Shown here: positions 38,311 through 46,242 of the stretch, one piece after another
Numbering within the stretch: position 1 is the first letter of the stretch
How the letters are laid out: each line of letters begins with the position of its first letter
The notes under the pieces: generated by a model
Seen by the model: only the letters and a program-made list of their open reading frames with translations
What the model was told of the DNA's origin: nothing
Databases searched by the model: none
Translations under genes and position numbers: made by a program
Assembly (NCBI GenBank): GCA_035559535.1
Contig: DATMBG010000033.1
Coordinates: 125,573-180,378 of the forward strand
Origin: Candidatus Limnocylindrales bacterium
GTDB lineage: Bacteria > Moduliflexota > Moduliflexia > Moduliflexales > JAUQPW01
Reading direction: 5' to 3'
DNA length: 54,806 nt

Positions 38311-39063
38311 GTGAAGAAAGAATTTGTTTATGGAGCCACAGATCGGGGAAGAAAAAGAAGAAACAATGAGGACTGCTATCTTCTTTTACCCGAGCGCGAT
38401 ATATTTTTTGTTGCAGACGGAATGGGGGGACATAATGCCGGAGAGATAGCCAGCTCCCATGCGATCAGAATAGCCGCTGAATACTTTACCCTGAAGCGTA
38501 TTTCTGAGATGAAAAGAAATCGGGAAAAAATTAAAGAAACGATGATTCAGGCTATCCAAATAACCCACCAGGGAATCCTGGAAATAATTTTAGCAAACCA
38601 GGAATACCTTGGTATGGGATCTACCCTGGTCATTGCTTTTGTTCATGGTCAGACCCTCTATACCTGTCATGTGGGCGATTCGAGGGTCTATGTGATTAAT
38701 ACTTCGTATATAACTCAAATTACTCAGGACCACTCCCATGTAGCCAATCTGGTAAGGCTTGGAAGGATGAGTAAAGAAGAAGCCCGGATGAGTCCCCTTA
38801 AAAATCGCATTACCCAGGCTGTCGGAATTCCCTTTGGTCTCGATCCCGAGTATCATGAATATCCCTTGAATCCAGAGGATAGGATTCTTCTCTGCACCGA
38901 TGGACTGTGGGATATGCTGTCGGATGAAGAGATTCAGGCCATAGTTTTAGAGAAAAAATCCCCCCAGGAGATCTGTAAAACCCTCATCAGAAAGGCAAAT
39001 GAAGCCGGTGGAAACGATAATATTACGGTGGTGCTGATAACCCAAGTAAAAAGCAGGAAATAA
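38311..39063 (+). CDS. PP2C-family Ser/Thr protein phosphatase (Stp1/PrpC-like)
   Basis: GGAGG SD before GTG 38311; RRNNED, VADGMGGH, GMGSTL, HVGDSRVY, LCTDGL, GGNDNIT. Confidence 0.93.
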   Translation: MKKEFVYGATDRGRKRRNNEDCYLLLPERDIFFVADGMGGHNAGEIASSHAIRIAAEYFTLKRISEMKRNREKIKETMIQAIQITHQGILEIILANQEYLGMGSTLVIAFVHGQTLYTCHVGDSRVYVINTSYITQITQDHSHVANLVRLGRMSKEEARMSPLKNRITQAVGIPFGLDPEYHEYPLNPEDRILLCTDGLWDMLSDEEIQAIVLEKKSPQEICKTLIRKANEAGGNDNITVVLITQVKSRK

Positions 39064-39090
39064 ACCCTGAGTCCTAGAAGGGCCATGAAG

Positions 39091-39441
39091 GTATGGAAGT
39101 GTGGGAGTGTGGAGGTATTGGGGGTATAGAGGTGTGAAAATGTGAAAGTGTAAGCGTAATACTGCGTTGTTACTTTAATTTTGCTTAATGTTTAAGTGGC
39201 CCTCACCCCCGGCCTCTCTCCCACGCTGCGGGAGAGGGGAGTCGGGGAGTGAAAGCAGCCCTATGAGATCAAAATTAAGTAAACAGTGTAATACCAATTC
39301 CCCATGAAGATGTTGCCTAATGGGTAGTGACGACCTTGTGTGGGCGCCTTTAGTAACAGATCTATCTGGCTGCCCCTATCATTTAGGCCACATTTTAATA
39401 CTGATGGGGTACAAGGAAATTTGCTCCCATACTTTTACCCC
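39091..39441. repeat. nested repeat stack: split octamer element enclosing two MITE-like units
   Basis: G-rich octamer arm 39091-39152; IR-bounded unit 39157-39291 with a CCCTCACCCC hairpin; IR-bounded unit 39292-39411; short C-rich arm 39424-39441. Confidence 0.6.
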
Positions 39442-39630
39442 CTTCGTGGATGAATATATGAAAACTGCAAATGGGTAGAAGTAGACTTAAAGCTCCAAGA
39501 AAGAAAGTATAAAGGGATAGGTTTCTTAAGGGGCTTTACTTGATTTAATCCCTTTAAAGGGGTATATTATAAACATAAGTATAAAATTTTTATTTTTTAA
39601 TGTTTCTTCTTAAAAGGGGTGTGGAGTTTT

Positions 39631-40683
39631 ATGAATGAAGCCCTTGTTAAAGAGATTCCAGGAGTTGAGGAAGTAGACTTAAAGGAAGCTGATTTCTGGG
39701 AACCCCTTCCAAATAACAAAGTCTATTGTTATCTTTGTCCCAGGTATTGTAGAATTGGGGAAGGTCAGACCGGGTTTTGCTTTATTCGTGCAAATATAGG
39801 TGGTAAGCTTTATTCCCTGGGTTACGGACGACCTGCGGCCATTCATATCGATCCCATAGAGAAAAAGCCTTTATTTCACTTTCTGCCCGGTACCAAGATT
39901 TTTTCCATGGGCACGGCAGGATGTAACATGGGATGTAAGTTTTGTCAAAACTGGGACATCTCCAAAGCAAAGGCTGATCAGGTCAATTCAAGGGAATTAT
40001 CCCCAGAAGCCGTGGTTTTTAACGCCCTGCGGTACCGATGCCCAAGCATCGCCTATACCTACAATGAGCCTACCATCTGGGCAGAATATGTAAGGGATAT
40101 TTCCAAACTTGCCAGACAGTACGGATTGAAGAACGTAATGGTAACCAATGGGTATGTAACCGAGGAAGCCCTTAAATCGGTTTATGAATATATCGACGCC
40201 GCTAACGTGGATCTAAAAGCTTTTACCGAAAAGTTTTATTCCAAAATCACCCTCAGTCATCTGGAACCGGTTCTGAAAACTTTAAAAATCCTCAAACATG
40301 AAACTTCCGTTTGGATCGAGATTACTAACCTTATGATTCCGACTCTCAATGACGCAAAGGAGGAATCTAGAGAGCTATCCAAATGGATTTTGGATAATCT
40401 GGGAGACGAAGTACCTTTACACTTTACAGCCTTCCATCCGGATTACAAGCTGTTAGACTTACCTCCAACTCCTAAGGAAACCCTGGAACAGGCCCGGGAA
40501 ATTGCCATGGAAGTAGGACTTAAGTACGTTTACGTTGGTAATGTATTCTCGGAGGGCGCAAATACCTATTGTCCAAATTGTAAAAAGCTTCTGATCCGAC
40601 GTTCCTGGCATAGTATTTTAAAATATGACCTGCAAGGGAATCGATGCTCTTGCGGTCAGGTGATTCCTATCTATTTGAATTAA
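39631..40683 (+). CDS. amrS: AmmeMemoRadiSam system radical SAM enzyme
   Basis: C.LCPRYC...GFCFIR, DPIEKKPLFHF.PG, GCNMGCKFCQNWDIS (CxxxCxxC), AYTYNEP, DAANVDLK, PLHFTAFHPDY. Confidence 0.93.
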   Translation: MNEALVKEIPGVEEVDLKEADFWEPLPNNKVYCYLCPRYCRIGEGQTGFCFIRANIGGKLYSLGYGRPAAIHIDPIEKKPLFHFLPGTKIFSMGTAGCNMGCKFCQNWDISKAKADQVNSRELSPEAVVFNALRYRCPSIAYTYNEPTIWAEYVRDISKLARQYGLKNVMVTNGYVTEEALKSVYEYIDAANVDLKAFTEKFYSKITLSHLEPVLKTLKILKHETSVWIEITNLMIPTLNDAKEESRELSKWILDNLGDEVPLHFTAFHPDYKLLDLPPTPKETLEQAREIAMEVGLKYVYVGNVFSEGANTYCPNCKKLLIRRSWHSILKYDLQGNRCSCGQVIPIYLN

Positions 40684-40691
40684 GACCTTAA

Positions 40692-40756
40692 GTATGGAAG
40701 TGTGGGGGTATGGGAGTATTTACTCCTACACTCCCGTACCTCCATACTTTTATACT
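40692..40756. repeat. inverted octamer tandem-repeat element, copy 6
   Basis: gtatggaagtgtgggggtatgggagta ttt actcctacactcccgtacctccatac. Confidence 0.8.
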
Positions 40757-40780
40757 CTTCGGGGTTAATAGTTTACTTTC

Positions 40781-41152
40781 ATGGAACTTCAGGTTATACA
40801 ACCTCTGCCTGAAAAGTTTCAACCGCTCCGGCTCAGTCAGGTAGGGCGCTATGCGTTGGGAGTTGACTGGGGAGACCATCACCATAGTATTTACTCTTTC
40901 GATTTACTCCGAAGTCTTTGCCCTTGTAAAGGATGCCTGGAAGTAAGGCAGAAAAACCAGACTTTCCCTCCGGCAGCGGTTCAACCCCTTGAAATTCGCC
41001 GCTTTCCGGGTCAGGGAGTCAGTGTTAAATGGGCAGATGCCCATGAAAGTTTATACGGTGCCGAATATTTGAGAAATCTCTGCCCCTGTGCAACCTGCAG
41101 TGAAGTGGTCCAGGCTAGACACCAAAATCCCTTAGGAAATCCGAAGGGATAA
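40781..41152 (+). CDS. DUF971 / GBBH-like N-terminal domain protein with two tandem metal-binding modules
   Basis: VGRYALGVDWGDHHHSIYSFDLLRSLCPCKGC and VKWADAHESLYGAEYLRNLCPCATC. Confidence 0.8.
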   Translation: MELQVIQPLPEKFQPLRLSQVGRYALGVDWGDHHHSIYSFDLLRSLCPCKGCLEVRQKNQTFPPAAVQPLEIRRFPGQGVSVKWADAHESLYGAEYLRNLCPCATCSEVVQARHQNPLGNPKG

Positions 41153-41318
41153 ACTCAACGATCACCTCAATTAAAAATTAAAAATTGTTAATTGACAATT
41201 TTTAATTTCCCGTGTTATCTTCCCCTGTGTTCGCTATTTGCCATATGGATGGCTTGAAGTCTTTTCTCACCCTGGATCGTCCAGAATCTTCCCCGGCGAT
41301 TTTTTAAAGGAGTCGATC

Positions 41319-42197
41319 ATGAGGAAAATGATCAAGGCAACTATATGGATGATAAGCACTTTTTTGTTTTCTTCTTATCTGACCTGGGGTTTTGAGGTTT
41401 ATACCCGAAGCGGTCAGTCTTATTCGGCAGCCCAGTATAAGATTTTTGACTCCAGAATGGTGATCTCTCTTAAGGACGGAAGACAGCAGAATTTATCTGT
41501 AAGCGATATTGATTGGAAGAGAACTCCAGGAGATAAAAACGTATTTCAATTTGTAGAAACCAATCTCGTCTATCTGAAAGATGGTAAGGCCATCCGATCA
41601 AAAGGTTACATGATCCGAAACGAGGAAAAGGTTGAAGTTATCACCCAGGATAACAAAATCTTAGAGTACAAAAAATCGGATATTGATTTTGGAAAGATAG
41701 CCAACTACCTCATGAAGAGAAAGATAAAATTAAGTCAACTGGAGGGACAGGAACACATAACAGATATAGAGAGTAACGCTCCAGTCATGCCCTTCGTGGA
41801 AGAAGAGTTTGATTGCAAGGATAGTATTGTGATATCCTCCAGTGGAAATCCTTTAATCAAGTTCCGGTTCGAGGCAACAACCCTCAAAGATGCTAAATTT
41901 AACAACCTGTTTCTAAATTTTGTAATTATTAAAGCTTCTGCAAAGAATTTATCCGATACTTCACGCCGGTTATCTTACAACGATTTTACCCTTATTACCA
42001 ATGAGGGAACCGAAGTAAAGCCGGATGGAAGTATAGATAATACTTTTTTTATAGAACAACTGGATAAAAATGCCATGACCTTCGGAACCATTCGATTTTC
42101 CTTTACGGCTGCCTCACCGACCGGAACAGCGGAGTATCTGGTATATCGGGGAGCTTACGGAAAATTTAAATGCCGCCTTCAAGGAAATTCGCCTTAA
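41319..42197 (+). CDS. hypothetical exported protein
   Basis: AAGGAG SD and signal peptide; two similar short beta modules (LKDG) and a C-terminal Ig-like segment. Confidence 0.7.
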   Translation: MRKMIKATIWMISTFLFSSYLTWGFEVYTRSGQSYSAAQYKIFDSRMVISLKDGRQQNLSVSDIDWKRTPGDKNVFQFVETNLVYLKDGKAIRSKGYMIRNEEKVEVITQDNKILEYKKSDIDFGKIANYLMKRKIKLSQLEGQEHITDIESNAPVMPFVEEEFDCKDSIVISSSGNPLIKFRFEATTLKDAKFNNLFLNFVIIKASAKNLSDTSRRLSYNDFTLITNEGTEVKPDGSIDNTFFIEQLDKNAMTFGTIRFSFTAASPTGTAEYLVYRGAYGKFKCRLQGNSP

Positions 42198-42286
42198 AAA
42201 CTTTATCATAGGCCCTATTTCGCAGAACCAGCAAGTTTTCATCTCCAGAACAGCGCGAAATAGGTTTTACTTACCTAACTTAAAAA

Positions 42287-42484
42287 ATGGAAGTCAGTAC
42301 TACTATCCGGTTCAGTGACGAATTTGACCAGTTTGAGAAAGATCCCAAGTTCCAGCAGCATTTACAAACTTTACAACTTATCTTGTTAGATTTTGCCGTA
42401 ATGGTTCGACAGAACCTGATCATCGATATACGAACTACCAGTCCGGCCTCAACCCCTCACTCTACCCGGCAAGAATCAAATTGA
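42287..42484 (+). CDS. small hypothetical protein
   Basis: 65-aa ORF, weak SD, no recognisable motif. Confidence 0.3.
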   Translation: MEVSTTIRFSDEFDQFEKDPKFQQHLQTLQLILLDFAVMVRQNLIIDIRTTSPASTPHSTRQESN

Positions 42485-42814
42485 AACAAAAGGGGCTGGC
42501 TTATCTTTTGCTGTAGACAGAGTTCGTGTGCTTTGGCACTAAAAAATATCTCAAAGGCAAAATAGACCTCCAGGGGCGAACCTATCTACAAGTTTAAAAC
42601 CCGGGAGGTCCTCCATGCGACTTGAGACAACCTATCAATTTAAGTACTGAGGTTCATTCATTTTACCTTCTTATATTTGTTCTATTATGCAGTGTCTAAG
42701 GAGTTCCATTTTAAAACAATTTCCTTTGCCTTTGAATTTGCTGGCAAGATTTCGATCTTTTAAAGAAAAGACACCCCTTCGATTCTGCTGCATCTTAGAA
42801 TTAAAACCCACGAT

Positions 42815-43198
42815 ATGGCTATAAGATACTGCTATAACCATACTCCAAGAGTTCAAATGGAGTTTTACGCTATTGATGGATATAAAGACCTTTATGAATG
42901 CCCTAACTGCGGCTATCGAGAAAGAACAGGTAACCGATTAGGACTCGGTATATTGGGCACAGCAACACTGGCTTTTAGCCTGGGAATGGGTCTTTTTGCC
43001 TTTTTAAGCTCTGCCTTCAAAGAATTAGAGAAAAATAAAAATATCCAACAACAAAAAACGGTAAAAAGTACTCCGAAACAACAGCCGGTACTACCTGGGT
43101 TTAGAAATATTTTCTGTCAGCGCTGCGAGCAACAAATCCCGAGTTATAGTAATTTTTGCCCTTTCTGCGGAATGAAAAGAGCTAACTACGTAAAATAA
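42815..43198 (+). CDS. membrane protein with N- and C-terminal zinc-ribbon motifs
   Basis: CYNH...CPNCG, hydrophobic segment, CQRC...FCPFCG. Confidence 0.7.
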   Translation: MAIRYCYNHTPRVQMEFYAIDGYKDLYECPNCGYRERTGNRLGLGILGTATLAFSLGMGLFAFLSSAFKELEKNKNIQQQKTVKSTPKQQPVLPGFRNIFCQRCEQQIPSYSNFCPFCGMKRANYVK

Positions 43199-43381
43199 TT
43201 CTCCTCTTGAACTCCTGTTAAGTTATGGAAACTTCCCGGCTTAAATTAAATTCGTCCTTTTGGATCCTTTATTAACTCAAGATTTCCTTGACTCCTTCAG
43301 GTCCAGGTATAAGAATATAAAGCAGGTAGCAGAATGGGATTTTAATAATATCTTAAAAAAATAAATAAAGGAGTGGAGAGT

Positions 43382-43567
43382 ATGTGCGGAATCAATGTTG
43401 CCCATTTTACAAATCAAAAAAAGGAAGTCACAACCAGGCTGGATGAAAAAGCCGATACCGGAAGCAGGGATCTGAAAGAACTTTTCCATACTCCCAACGG
43501 AAACGATCCCAAAGGCTTGCCGGAGAAACCAAAGATCGAAGAAGGAGAAGTCGTTCAGAAAAAGTAA
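43382..43567 (+). CDS. small hydrophilic hypothetical protein
   Basis: AAGGAG/GGAG SD before ATG 43382; 61 aa, highly charged. Confidence 0.5.
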   Translation: MCGINVAHFTNQKKEVTTRLDEKADTGSRDLKELFHTPNGNDPKGLPEKPKIEEGEVVQKK

Positions 43568-43577
43568 AAATGAAGGG

Positions 43578-43684
43578 ATGTAGGAGTGTGGGGGTGTGGG
43601 AGTGTGGACGTATAAGTACTTAGTCTCCCATACCCCCATACCCCCACACTCCCATACTTCCATACTCTCACACTCCCACACCCC
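43578..43684. repeat. inverted octamer tandem-repeat element, copy 7
   Basis: gtgtgggggtgtgggagtgtgga ... tcccatacccccatacccccacactcccatacttccatactctcacactcccacac. Confidence 0.85.
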
Positions 43685-43695
43685 TCTCTTCTCCT

Positions 43696-45375
43696 TCAGG
43701 ATCTGTTTAAGGCTACAAAAGTATCCGTAGCGATTTTAATCTTATCTCCTTCCTTTATAAACTGTTGCCCGGAGGTTATCACTTGTTCGCCTTCTTGGAT
43801 ACCTCGAACCACCTCAATAAGTCCATCCATGGAAAGACCTACCTCAATAAGGCGTTTCCGAACTATAAAATCAGGGTCAACTACCAATACCATACATGGA
43901 TCTGCCGGATGGATAAGGGCTGTTTTTGGAATAACAGGGGCCAATCGTTTATTTTGAAATCGGGCATGGGCAAATACTCCGGGCTTGAGCGCTAAATTCG
44001 GGTTTGAAATTTTAACATACACTTTCAACTCTGGCTTCGATGGGTTCTGTTCGATCTTAATCACCGTCCCTTCTAAAACAGCTTCTGCAGGATCTTCTAC
44101 TACAATGCGAGCCGGTTGACCGGTATAAACAGAAGGATTTGACTCTGAGCCAATCCCTGCTATTACCACGGCAGGGTCAACAACACCCAGGGTTAAAAGG
44201 TTACGGGAAGAGCCTTCATAGGGAGTCATCACTTCTCCGGGGTGGATATTTTGCTCGATTACGATTCCACTGACCGGTGCTTTTACGGTGGTATGGGTCA
44301 GGTTATACTGAATTTGAGTTCGTCTGGCAAAAGCGGTGGTATAATTGGCTTCGGCTGCTGCCAGCTCGGATTGAAGGGTTGCTTCTTCATTTTTTAATTG
44401 ATTCTGGGCCTTTACAAGATTTTCCAGGGCCTGGGTATAGGCAAGCTCTGCTACGGCCTGTTCCGATCGGTTCAGTACCTTTTCATTGGCCATAGCATTT
44501 CGGGCTTTGATCGCGGCTTCTAAGGCCAGCTTATAAGTCGCTTCTGCCGAAGTTACCATAGATCGATTTATAACACTTTCATGGGTTAAGGTATTTTTAG
44601 CTCTAACAAAATCCTCTAATAACCGCCGGTTGTTAAATTCTGCAGGAGCAGGTTCTGAAGATTTGGAAATCTCCCTGGTACGGATACTCCGAAGGACCTC
44701 CTCAGCTTGTTGAAAGGCTGCAACCAACTCCCCATGTCGGGCCTCCTGGATTTTCTTGATCTCCTCCAGCCTGGCCTTTGCACTTTCTACTTCCCCTTCT
44801 GCCCGATGAACCGCGGCAACCCTTTCTTCATGACGCGTTGCCTGGGTCTTCTGAATCTCCTCTAACCTGGCCTTTGCACTCTTCACCTCATCCTCTGCCC
44901 GATGAACCGCGGCAACCCTTTCTTCATGACGCGTCGCCTGGGTCTTCTGAATCTCCTCTAACCTGGCCTTTGCGCTTTTCACCTCATCCTCTGCCTGCTT
45001 TAGCTCCAGCATCAACAGAGCCGGGTCCAACTCCAAGAGAACCTGACCCTCTTCAACATAATCGCCCAGATCCACATAAAGCGCTGCAATCCTGGCCCCC
45101 GGTATAGGTGTTGTGACGTGAACTTGCCAGGAAGGTTGAACTTCTATATCGGTACCTATTTCCTGGACCAGTTCTACCACTTTAACGGGTTGAACCTGGA
45201 CCGAGGTGAGAGAACCCATGTTTACGGAACTCTGAGCCTGGGAGTAAGAGTTCATGAGGTAAATCAAGAAACCGAGAAAACCGAAGAAAATTAAAAAACC
45301 TGTAATCAAAATTTTCCGGATTCGAGCTATTTTAAGCCTTTGTCTTTTTAAAACCAGATAATATTTCGGCTCCAT
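43696..45375 (-). CDS. efflux RND/ABC periplasmic adaptor subunit with an elongated helical hairpin
   Basis: N-terminal TM, lipoyl half-motifs (VDLGDYVEEGQVLLELD; VKAPVSGIV....HPGE), LKPGVFA, GIQEGEQVITSG. Confidence 0.88.
   Translation of the reverse strand: MEPKYYLVLKRQRLKIARIRKILITGFLIFFGFLGFLIYLMNSYSQAQSSVNMGSLTSVQVQPVKVVELVQEIGTDIEVQPSWQVHVTTPIPGARIAALYVDLGDYVEEGQVLLELDPALLMLELKQAEDEVKSAKARLEEIQKTQATRHEERVAAVHRAEDEVKSAKARLEEIQKTQATRHEERVAAVHRAEGEVESAKARLEEIKKIQEARHGELVAAFQQAEEVLRSIRTREISKSSEPAPAEFNNRRLLEDFVRAKNTLTHESVINRSMVTSAEATYKLALEAAIKARNAMANEKVLNRSEQAVAELAYTQALENLVKAQNQLKNEEATLQSELAAAEANYTTAFARRTQIQYNLTHTTVKAPVSGIVIEQNIHPGEVMTPYEGSSRNLLTLGVVDPAVVIAGIGSESNPSVYTGQPARIVVEDPAEAVLEGTVIKIEQNPSKPELKVYVKISNPNLALKPGVFAHARFQNKRLAPVIPKTALIHPADPCMVLVVDPDFIVRKRLIEVGLSMDGLIEVVRGIQEGEQVITSGQQFIKEGDKIKIATDTFVALNRS
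44707..44994 (-). repeat. 96-bp (32-aa) intragenic tandem repeat, 3 units
   Basis: AEDEVKSAKARLEEIQKTQATRHEERVAAVHR twice plus a diverged third unit; DNA period 96 (gcccgatg at 44801 and 44897). Confidence 0.9.
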
Positions 45376-45849
45376 AACCTGTCCTGAAAAGAGAATAGGA
45401 AGTATCTGGGGGTTGTTACACCCATTCTGACGGACTATATTGCCTAATCTCTCGCAGGAGTGACTGGCCCGTCACCCCGATTCCTTATCAGATCTGGTAT
45501 TACCGGTAATCTCCGGATGGGTAGAACCACCCTACTTCCCTTGTTTTTGGGTTTGTAAAAAAGCCTCTCCAAACTCCTTCTGCTTATAAGGGGTTAATTT
45601 ACTTTTGTCAATAAAAATTTTATATAACTTGGTTATTAATTTACGAAAATTAATTAAAATAAAAATTCAGTTGGAGTTTGTGAAAGTCGGGGTATTTAAG
45701 AAATCTTATTCTCCGGTATGGGAAGGAGAAACCGGGAGAAAAGAATCCTTTAGCAGGAGAGTTTGGCAGGAAGGGGCCACCGGATTTCTTACAAGACAAA
45801 AAATCTCTCATCCCCAGGTAGAACCTGAGAATGAGAGATGGGGATGGAT

Positions 45850-46137
45850 TTATTCTACAAATCGAACCTTGATACCTCTATGTTCCAGGTCTGTTAAAGC
45901 TTTTCGGACCGAGTCTTGGATGACTCTATCCAGACTATATCTTACCTGACTTAAAAGCAGCTCTTTGACCTGGTCTCGAATGTAATCTTTGTCCAGTTCG
46001 ATATTGAGTTTTTCTTCCAGCATCCTGAGGGATATGATAAACCCATCCATAATATTTGTAAACTCAGGAAAGATGCACTGTTCAAGCTCGTAATTATTAT
46101 ACTCAGATTGCAACCTTAGGGTAATCTCACCACTCAT
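45850..46137 (-). CDS. hypothetical protein
   Basis: 95 aa; AAAGGAGA SD; directly downstream of polA. Confidence 0.65.
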   Translation of the reverse strand: MSGEITLRLQSEYNNYELEQCIFPEFTNIMDGFIISLRMLEEKLNIELDKDYIRDQVKELLLSQVRYSLDRVIQDSVRKALTDLEHRGIKVRFVE

Positions 46138-46242
46138 AAGATCTCCTTTTCAGATGTAGGCGCAGCCCTAATGGGATACCTATGGGACTGTTTCTACAAA
46201 AAACAACTTCTAAGAAATATCCATTTACTATTTAGATAAAAA

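Noticed and set aside
39478-39685. 15-bp direct repeat gaagtagacttaaag upstream of and inside amrS
   Set aside because: Single short match with no enclosed element; probably chance.
43277-43681. ORFs with MGVWECG/HTPTPP-like peptides (also 2770, 8420, 8469, 21176, 21198, 22204)
   Set aside because: Translations of the octamer repeats, not credible proteins.
2768-43684. Octamer arrays as CRISPR arrays
   Set aside because: Units are 8 bp, contiguous and degenerate, with no unique spacers and no cas genes.
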